A DNA stretch of 64,000 nt from Verticiella sediminum (lineage in GTDB: Bacteria; Pseudomonadota; Gammaproteobacteria; Burkholderiales; Burkholderiaceae_B): NCBI GenBank assembly GCA_040392445.1, contig JBEBVZ010000010.1, positions 9,686 to 73,685 of the forward strand. Direction: 5' to 3'. Below, piece after piece: positions 51,813 through 58,922 of this stretch; position 1 is the stretch's first letter, and the number at the start of each line of letters is the position of its first letter. The position numbers and the translations under genes were made by a program. The notes beneath the pieces were generated by a model. The model searched no databases, was not told the DNA's origin, and worked only from the letters and a program-made list of their open reading frames with translations.

Positions 51813-52907
51813 ATGCTGGATTTTTCTGTGGACGCCGACACCGAGATGGTGTTGGACACGGCCAGGCGTTTTGCGCGCGACGTCCTGCTGCCGGAACAGC
51901 GCAGCCATGAAGAGGCGCGCGGCATGCCTGCGGCTCTTTTGCAGCAGGCCCGCGACATCGGTTTCGATACGCTGAACTGGCCCGAGACGCTGGGTGGCGC
52001 AGGCTTGGGCTGGGGCGCGCGGGTTGCCGTGCTCGAGGCCCTGGGCCAGGGGGACGCGGCGGCGGTGCTGGCCATCGATGCCATCGGACCGGTGTTCCAT
52101 GCCCTGCACGCGGCAGGTGGCGACGCCGCCATCGAGCAGTATGTGCAGCCGCTGTTGCGCTCTGCGGGTTCCCGCGCGGTGCTGGTGTTCGACGAACACG
52201 AGCAACTGTCGCTGAAGGCCGGCACGCTCAGTGGCGTCGTACCCTGGGTGCCGGCCGATCGGGTCGACCTGCTGGTGGTGCTGACGCGCTCGCGCATCCT
52301 GGTGCTGGGCCAGGGCGTAGCCCTGCAGCCTTTACCCGGTAGCGGTTTGCGCGCGGCGGGGGCATCCGAATTGCGCCTGCAAAATGTGCCCGTGCTGGCG
52401 CAGTTCGACCAGCCCGAGGCGGCCAGCGCGGCGCTGGCGCAGGCCAGGCTCTATGTGGCCGCCCTGATGGTGGGGCAGATGCATACCGCGGCCGAGTATT
52501 CGCGCGAATACGCGCTGCAGCGCGTCGCCTTTGGCAAACCCATTGCCCACCACCAGGCCTTGTCCTTCCTGATCGTGGATATGCGCACCGCCGTCGATGC
52601 GGCCCGCTTGATGGTCCAAGAGGCGGCCTTCAGGGCCGATGCCGGCCAGCCCTGCCAGACAGCGGCGGCACAGGCTTTCCTGGAAGCCGCGCAAGCCGCG
52701 ATGTTTGTGGGGCCAAATGCGGTGCAGATCCTGGGCGCCTCGGGCTTCACGCGCGACTACCCCGTGGAAAAATACATGCGCGAGCTGCGTGCCCTGGCCT
52801 TGCTGTTGGGCGGGGTGGATGCCGCGCGCGACGACCTGAATGCAGACAATACCCTGGTCGATGCACCGGTCAGTTTCCTGATTGCCGAGCCGGGAGCCCA
52901 AGCATGA
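51813..52907 (+). CDS. acyl-CoA dehydrogenase-fold protein, apparently non-catalytic subunit
   Basis: The ACAD C-terminal helical domain is recognisable (YALQRVAFGKPIAHHQAL). It lacks the TEPxxGSD FAD motif and the C-terminal YEGT catalytic Glu (has LLLGGVD). The stop overlaps the next ACAD's start. Confidence 0.8.
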   Translation: MLDFSVDADTEMVLDTARRFARDVLLPEQRSHEEARGMPAALLQQARDIGFDTLNWPETLGGAGLGWGARVAVLEALGQGDAAAVLAIDAIGPVFHALHAAGGDAAIEQYVQPLLRSAGSRAVLVFDEHEQLSLKAGTLSGVVPWVPADRVDLLVVLTRSRILVLGQGVALQPLPGSGLRAAGASELRLQNVPVLAQFDQPEAASAALAQARLYVAALMVGQMHTAAEYSREYALQRVAFGKPIAHHQALSFLIVDMRTAVDAARLMVQEAAFRADAGQPCQTAAAQAFLEAAQAAMFVGPNAVQILGASGFTRDYPVEKYMRELRALALLLGGVDAARDDLNADNTLVDAPVSFLIAEPGAQA

Positions 52908-54082
52908 ACTTTTCTCTTTCCCAACAGGATGTCGAGCGCCTGCAGCGCATGCGCGAGATTGGCCGCAGCGCGATACGCCCGGCCGGGCTGCGCGCGGACC
53001 GTGCCGGCAGCCAGCTCGCGCCCGATGATTCCTTCTTTCACGACATGCTGGGCCAGGGCTACGGCCAGACCACCTGGGCCCCGCCGGGCGAGGCGCGCCA
53101 TCAACATCCGGTGCGCGGCGGCACCGCCGTCAGCCAGGTGATGCTGGCCGAAGAAAGCTCGTACTGGGACCGCGGCATCGGTGTGGCCATGCCGGGGCCG
53201 GGCCTGGGTGAGCCGCCCATCCTGATCATGGGCACCGACGAACAAAAACATCGCTTTCTCTCGCCTTTCCGCAACCCCGGCAAACCGCTATGGGGGGCGT
53301 TCGCCATGACCGAGCCTTCCGGCGGATCGGACGTGGCCAACATCAAGACGCGCGCCCGCAAAGAGGGCGACACCTGGGTGCTCAACGGCGCCAAGGCCTT
53401 TTCGGGCAATGCCAGCCGGGCCGAATGGATCGTGGTGTTTGCCACAGTGGACCCGACCCTGGGGCGCGGCGGCCACCGCGCTTTCGTGATCGAGCGCAAT
53501 ACCCCTGGGTTGACCGGTTTTCGGATAGAGAAAAAGATGGGCCTCAAGGCTTACGAGTCCACGTCATTCTTCCTGGAAGAGTGCCGCGTGCCGCAAGACA
53601 ACATGCTGGGGGGCGAGGCGCACTACGTGAACCGCAAGGGCTTCAAGGGCGCCATGCAAACCTTCAACTCGGGCCGGCCGGCCATCGCCGGCATGGCGGT
53701 AGGCATAGGCCGGGCCGCGCTGGACGAAACCGTGAAGTTTGCCAAAGAGGCCGGCATTCTTGGCCGTGAGCGCATCCGGGACCGCATCGAGCACAGCCGC
53801 CGCAAGCTCAAAGCCGCCTACCTGCTGGCCTTGAAGGCCGCCTGGCTGGCCGACCAGAAGCAATCCAATATGCTGGAAGCCTCGATGGCCAAGGCCAACG
53901 CGCCGCTGGCGGCGTTGGAAGCCGCCAGCCTGGGCATGGAAGTGCTGGCGCTTACCGGCGGGCGCGGCGACCACCTTATCGAAAAGCTCTTTCGCGACGT
54001 CAAGGCCCTGGACATCGTGGAAGGCACGGGCCAGATCCAGCGCGTGGTAATGGCGCGGCATCTGGTGCAGTTACCTCATTGA
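52904..54082 (+). CDS. acyl-CoA dehydrogenase
   Basis: FAMTEPSGGSD FAD motif, and the catalytic Glu in DIVEGTGQIQR. 392 aa. Confidence 0.88.
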   Translation: MNFSLSQQDVERLQRMREIGRSAIRPAGLRADRAGSQLAPDDSFFHDMLGQGYGQTTWAPPGEARHQHPVRGGTAVSQVMLAEESSYWDRGIGVAMPGPGLGEPPILIMGTDEQKHRFLSPFRNPGKPLWGAFAMTEPSGGSDVANIKTRARKEGDTWVLNGAKAFSGNASRAEWIVVFATVDPTLGRGGHRAFVIERNTPGLTGFRIEKKMGLKAYESTSFFLEECRVPQDNMLGGEAHYVNRKGFKGAMQTFNSGRPAIAGMAVGIGRAALDETVKFAKEAGILGRERIRDRIEHSRRKLKAAYLLALKAAWLADQKQSNMLEASMAKANAPLAALEAASLGMEVLALTGGRGDHLIEKLFRDVKALDIVEGTGQIQRVVMARHLVQLPH

Positions 54083-54092
54083 AGGACGTTTT

Positions 54093-55313
54093 ATGACTAC
54101 CGCAAGGGCTAATGAAAAAACCAGCGGCGGCCCGCTCTCGGGTGTGCGCATCCTGGACCTGACCGCCGTCGTATTCGGGCCCATGGCCACCCAGATCCTG
54201 GGCGACTATGGCGCCGACATCATCAAGATCGAAAGCCTGGAAGGCGACATGATGCGCGCCAACGGCGTGTCGCAAACCCCGGGCATGAGTTCGATCTTTC
54301 TGGCGGCCAATCGCAACAAGCGCTCGCTGGCGCTGAACCTGAAGTCCGAGCAAGGCATAGACGTCATCAAGCGCCTGCTGCCCACGGTGGATGTGCTGGT
54401 CCACAATATGCGGATACCGGCCATCCAGCGTCTGGGCCTGGGCTACGAGGCGGTCAAGGCCATCAACCCCAACATCGTCTACTGCGCGGCCACCGGTTTT
54501 GGCCAGAACGGCCCGCATCGCAGCAAACCGGCTTTCGATGACATCATCCAGAGCGCTTGCGGCCTGGTCGGGCTAAGCCAGGCCAATGGCAGCGCACCCG
54601 ACTACGCGCCTAGCCTGATCGCCGACAAGACCGCCGGCGTCTCGCTGGCCAACGCCGTGCTGGCGGCCTTGTTCCACCGCGAACGTTCCGGCCAGGGGCA
54701 GTACGTTGAAGTCCCCATGCTGGAAACCATGGTGGCCTTCATGCTGGTCGAGCACATGGGCGGCATGACCTTCCAAGGCTCGAGCGTCAAGGCGGGCTAC
54801 CAGCGGCTGTTGAACGGGGGCCGCAAGCCGGTGCAGACCCGGGACGGCCACATCAGCATGCTGCCGTACACGGGGGCGCACTGGCTGGCCTTCTTCAATG
54901 CCGTGGGCCGCCCCGACCTGGGCGAGCGCTTTGGCACCGGTGATCGCCACGAGCGCAATGCCAACATCAAGGCCCTGTATGCCGAGCTGGCGCAAATCGC
55001 CGTGACGCGCACGACCGCCGAGTGGATGGCATTGTGCGAAGAGCTGGACATTCCCGCCACGCCCATCTACGCGCTGGATGACCTGCCCGAGCACCCGCAT
55101 TTGAAGGCGGTGGAACTCTTCCAGACGGCAGAACACCCAAGCGAAGGCCCCATCCGCTATGTGCGGCCAACCACCTTGTTCGAATCCACGCCCGCAGCGG
55201 TGCGCCGCCAGGCGCCCACGCTGGGACAGCACAGCAGCGAGATCCTGCTCGAGGCCGGCTTGGGGCAGGACGAGATCGACGCCCTGACGCAGCAGGGAGT
55301 CGTGCGCGGCTAA
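54093..55313 (+). CDS. family III CoA-transferase (CaiB/BaiF/Frc type)
   Basis: GPLSGVRILDLTAVVFGPMATQILGDYGADIIKIE N-terminus, and a conserved Asp region LIADKTAG. 406 aa. Confidence 0.9.
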   Translation: MTTARANEKTSGGPLSGVRILDLTAVVFGPMATQILGDYGADIIKIESLEGDMMRANGVSQTPGMSSIFLAANRNKRSLALNLKSEQGIDVIKRLLPTVDVLVHNMRIPAIQRLGLGYEAVKAINPNIVYCAATGFGQNGPHRSKPAFDDIIQSACGLVGLSQANGSAPDYAPSLIADKTAGVSLANAVLAALFHRERSGQGQYVEVPMLETMVAFMLVEHMGGMTFQGSSVKAGYQRLLNGGRKPVQTRDGHISMLPYTGAHWLAFFNAVGRPDLGERFGTGDRHERNANIKALYAELAQIAVTRTTAEWMALCEELDIPATPIYALDDLPEHPHLKAVELFQTAEHPSEGPIRYVRPTTLFESTPAAVRRQAPTLGQHSSEILLEAGLGQDEIDALTQQGVVRG

Positions 55314-55316
55314 GGC

Positions 55317-56084
55317 TTAAAGCCGGGGGCCGCCTGGCCCCTGGTTCGGCTGCACGACCTCATCCAGCAAGGCGCGCATGCGTTGCCAGTGCGAGCCTGG
55401 CCAGAAAACGCGCTGGCAGATATCGCAAGTGCTGAAATGTTGGTACATTAAAAGCGCCCGAGGCGGCACGCGTTGTTCCAGCCCTGCCTTGTCCACGATG
55501 CGCAAGGGTGCATTGCACAGCAGGCACAGCGTGAATGGCCGCGCACTACGCGCGAGGTCCAGGCGCTGCACCATCTCGCGTAGCTGCTGCGCCGGTTTCA
55601 GGGTGTGCACATAGCAGCCGTGCGTAATGTTGCGGCGCTTCAACAGTTCGCGATCGCGGCTAAGCACGATGCGGCCCTGTTGTTCGCCTATGGCTTCGAT
55701 TTCATCGTCCTGGAAATGATTGTCGTAGAGCGTGTCGAAACCCGCCATGCGCAGCAGCCGGGCCAGCCCGCCCAGATGTGCATCGGCGACAAAGCTCAGG
55801 GTGCGCAGCGGGCGATCACGCAAGCGCAGTAAAGGACTGATGTCGAAGGCCTCGAACTTGGGATACACCGAGACGCGGTCGCCTTCCATTAGCATCTGGT
55901 CGAACCCAACCGATACGCTGTTGACCAGAACCATTTCAACTTCGGTGTGGGGCACGCCCAGTGCCTCGATCATGTGCTTGACCGTCGCCGCGCGTGCGCA
56001 GGCGCAGTCGAACGCAACCCGGCGGTTTTCAGGCGCCAGGAAGTCGTTCAGTTCTTCATAGAAGCGAAAGCTTGCCATGACCAT
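55317..56084 (-). CDS. Mut7-C RNase-domain protein with N-terminal ubiquitin-like (beta-grasp) domain
   Basis: Start at ATG 56084/56078 (MVMASFRFYEELNDFL). UBL part ..GDRVSVYP. PIN-like Mut7-C core FVADAHLGGLARLLRMAGFD..VLSRD. C-terminal zinc ribbon CLLCN...CDIC. Family assignment is from memory of the Pfam Mut7-C descriptions. Confidence 0.75.
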   Translation of the reverse strand: MVMASFRFYEELNDFLAPENRRVAFDCACARAATVKHMIEALGVPHTEVEMVLVNSVSVGFDQMLMEGDRVSVYPKFEAFDISPLLRLRDRPLRTLSFVADAHLGGLARLLRMAGFDTLYDNHFQDDEIEAIGEQQGRIVLSRDRELLKRRNITHGCYVHTLKPAQQLREMVQRLDLARSARPFTLCLLCNAPLRIVDKAGLEQRVPPRALLMYQHFSTCDICQRVFWPGSHWQRMRALLDEVVQPNQGPGGPRL

Positions 56085-56358
56085 GGTGAGAGTATGCGCT
56101 TGGCGATGGGGGTGCGTGCTGATGAGGGCTTTGTGGGGTTGGCCCGATCCGCTGCTTGGGGTCACCGCCATCAATCGATACTGGACGGTGTGCGAGATGG
56201 GTTTTGCCCAGCGATTCGCAAGGCGTTGGAATTTGACGGTAGAGATCGATGGGTTCGGGAGACTGTTGTTTGTCTCAAATCGGCCAGGAGGCGACGTTCG
56301 TGAGTTACTGGTTTCAAAATGCATGAAAATTGAGCGACTCGTATATATAGAATAAGCG

Positions 56359-57222
56359 ATGAATAGAAGCCAATACCTAGTTGATGATGTGGATGTGGCG
56401 AGCTTTCGTGATTGGATTGCGCAGAGCCTGCAGGGACGACCGGTGCAGTTCACGGTCGGAGCGCACCACTATGCCAGTTTGCCTGCGGCGAAAGCCGCCT
56501 ACGCATGGCCGTTGAAGGCCAAGATTGGCCTGCCGAACCCACACAGCAGCTATCCGTATATCCATCCAGTCGTGCCGCCGCTTGCTGCCCGCGCGAACCT
56601 GGAGATCAACACGGCGGTTCTGAGCACGCTGCAAGACGCCCTACGCACCGCGTTCATGGGCCAAAACACCCTTAGGTTGGCCGGGGCAGTCGCGGGAATC
56701 TTTCACTGGGGAGGGGTCTATACGACTACGCCACATGGCGGAAACAAGCCCTGGTTAGCGCGGCACCACGCGCACCTACATGCGCTCTTGAACCAAGTTG
56801 TCATGGATTATGCGAGCGGCTACGACGTAAGCACGGTAACTGGGCTGCGGTTCAATGCCGGGATGACCAAGGTGTACGCCCTTCTGCTAGACGAATTCAT
56901 CATCTACGACAGCCGAGTGGCAGCATCGCTGACATGGCTCGCGCTTCACTGGTGGACGAACGTCAAAAATTCGCCCTCGATCAAGTTGCCGGCCCTTCTC
57001 CGGTTTGGAACCTTACCGGCCAATGGTGCCGCTCGGGGTCACCGGAATGCAGCACCTGGGATTTTTCACAGGATCACTCGGGCTGAGGATCACTACACGT
57101 GGAACGTGCGGGCGAATTGGTTGTTGTCGGATGCATTGTGCCTCGCCGGCAATAAGAGCCAATTCGCGACGCTTCGCGAGATCGAGGCTGCGCTCTTTCA
57201 GATGGGCGACCGAGTCAGCTAG
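56359..57222 (+). CDS. hypothetical protein, lower-GC orphan (possible HhH/OGG-fold-like family; unverified)
   Basis: 287-aa ORF with many A/T-ending codons, unlike its neighbours. No SD. The motifs GMTKVYALLLDEFIIYDSRVAASL and TLREIEAALFQMG resemble a family NCBI labels OGG-fold proteins, as far as I recall. Confidence 0.55.
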   Translation: MNRSQYLVDDVDVASFRDWIAQSLQGRPVQFTVGAHHYASLPAAKAAYAWPLKAKIGLPNPHSSYPYIHPVVPPLAARANLEINTAVLSTLQDALRTAFMGQNTLRLAGAVAGIFHWGGVYTTTPHGGNKPWLARHHAHLHALLNQVVMDYASGYDVSTVTGLRFNAGMTKVYALLLDEFIIYDSRVAASLTWLALHWWTNVKNSPSIKLPALLRFGTLPANGAARGHRNAAPGIFHRITRAEDHYTWNVRANWLLSDALCLAGNKSQFATLREIEAALFQMGDRVS

Positions 57223-57381
57223 AGATGCGGCAATTGGAGGCGATCAACCAACCGACTGTTGGGGGTCGAGGGTTTAGGTTGGTGGTTCTGACTAGTGACC
57301 GCTTCTGGGCTGGCTACCCCAATGATCCGTCCATACGCACTGGGTCGGATGCTGTCCTTCGCCCAATACGACCTGCCAACT

Positions 57382-58750
57382 GGAGCCTGTCCGGAATTTT
57401 GTGGGCGAGGCATATCATGAGAGGTAAATCGCATGGATATGCCGATGAAGAAGAAACGCACCATTGCCTCCCAGGCAGCGGCCCGTGGGCCGCTGCCCGC
57501 ATTGCCTGAAGGGTTGCTGGACGAACTGGTCAAGGGGCCGATGACTCCCAACGAAGTCCAGGATCTGATGCTGGCCTTCAACAAGGCCGTCATCGAGCGG
57601 GCCATGGGCGCCGAGATGAATCTGCACCTGGGCTACCAGCCCGGGCAGCCCAAGCCCGAAGGCCAAGCCAACGAACGCAATGGCGCCAGCGGCAAGACGG
57701 TCATCACGGACCGAGGTCCGGTCAGGGTCGAGCTGCCACGCGATCGCGAAGGCAGCTTCGAGCCGATCCTGATCCCCAAGCACGAGCGCCGCTTTACCGG
57801 ATTCGATGAGCGCATCATCGCGATGTACGCCCGCGGCATGAGCGTGCGCGAAATCCAGGCCTTTCTGGCCGAGAGCTACGGCACCGAGGTTTCGCCAGAC
57901 TTCATCAGTTCTGTCACCGACGAGGTGATGGCCGAGACGCTGGCCTGGCAGAGTCGGCCGCTCGAGGCGATGTATCCGGTGGTGTTCTTCGATGCACTGC
58001 GCGTCAAGATCCGCAGCGATGGCGTGGTCAGCAACAAGGCAGTCTACCTGGCGCTGGGCATCCAGGCCGACGGCCAGCGCGACGTGCTGGGCCTGTGGAT
58101 CGAGCAGACCGAGGGCGCCAAGTTCTGGCTCAAGGTGTTCAATGAACTGAAGACGCGCGGCTGCCAGGACATTCTGATCGCTGTCGTGGATGGCTTGAAA
58201 GGCCTGGCCGAGGCCATCAACACGGCGTATCCCCAAACGACGGTACAGACCTGCATCGTGCACCTGATCCGCAACAGCCTGGACTACGCCGGCTGGAAGG
58301 ATCGCAAGATGGTTGCCGCCGCACTGCGCCCGATCTATGCCGCGGCCAACGAGCAGGCCGCGCAGCAGGCCCTGCAAGACTTTGCCGATGGCCCCTGGGG
58401 CGCGAAGTATCCGACGATAGTGCAGGCTTGGCAGCGAGCCTGGGAGTACGTGATTCCGTTCTTCGTGTTTGCGCCCGAGATTCGACGCGTGATCTACACC
58501 ACCAACGCCATCGAGAGCCTGAACATGCAATTGCGTAAAATCATCAAGACCCGAGGTCACTTCCCCAATGACGAGGCCGCCATCAAGCTGTTGTGGCTGG
58601 CGCTACGCAATGTGCTGGCAAAGACAGTGCGCGCCGCCTTCGATTGGAAATCCGCCATGAACCAGTTCGCCATCATGTTCGGTGATCGGTTCACGCAGGC
58701 CAGGGGCTAAGGTTGATCAACCGCCTTACCCACGAAAATCCGGATACCCC
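57382..58750 (+). mobile_element. IS256-family insertion sequence, apparently intact
   Basis: The terminal inverted repeats share the core TCCGGAATTTTGTGGGCGAGGC (left) and TCCGGATTTTCGTGGGTAAGGC (right, reverse complement), 18/22 identical. Flanking duplication is CTGCCAACT (57373-57381) / CAGCCAACT (58751-58759). A single transposase ORF lies inside. Confidence 0.85.
57433..58710 (+). CDS. IS256-family transposase
   Basis: 425 aa. MULE/IS256 DDE transposase blocks (YPVVFFDALRVKIR, AVYLALGI, ILIAVVDGLKG, CIVHLIRNS, TTNAIESLN). GAGG lies 8 nt upstream of the ATG. Confidence 0.93.
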   Translation: MDMPMKKKRTIASQAAARGPLPALPEGLLDELVKGPMTPNEVQDLMLAFNKAVIERAMGAEMNLHLGYQPGQPKPEGQANERNGASGKTVITDRGPVRVELPRDREGSFEPILIPKHERRFTGFDERIIAMYARGMSVREIQAFLAESYGTEVSPDFISSVTDEVMAETLAWQSRPLEAMYPVVFFDALRVKIRSDGVVSNKAVYLALGIQADGQRDVLGLWIEQTEGAKFWLKVFNELKTRGCQDILIAVVDGLKGLAEAINTAYPQTTVQTCIVHLIRNSLDYAGWKDRKMVAAALRPIYAAANEQAAQQALQDFADGPWGAKYPTIVQAWQRAWEYVIPFFVFAPEIRRVIYTTNAIESLNMQLRKIIKTRGHFPNDEAAIKLLWLALRNVLAKTVRAAFDWKSAMNQFAIMFGDRFTQARG

Positions 58751-58759
58751 CAGCCAACT

Positions 58760-58789
58760 AAAAAGGCCGGAGATTTCTCCGGCCTTTTT
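58760..58789. terminator. bidirectional intrinsic terminator next to the IS insertion point
   Basis: AAAAA-GGCCGGAG-ATTT-CTCCGGCC-TTTTT. Confidence 0.7.
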
Positions 58790-58922
58790 AGTTTCTATGC
58801 ATTGGCGATGCATGCAGAGAGACATCGCCAATGTGCTGCCAACGCCCGTGTAACCAGGGAATCAGCAGCCCAACCAATCAACCACACATCTTCACGGTTC
58901 AAGCCCCCATACACGCTTGCAT

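Noticed and set aside
56085-56453. Upstream extension of the Mut7-C ORF (378-aa call), and small plus-strand ORFs 55947-56355
   Set aside because: The extension crosses the AT-rich spacer and overlaps the start of the divergent orphan gene. Mut7-C UBL domains begin right at FRFY. The small ORFs have no start context or motifs.
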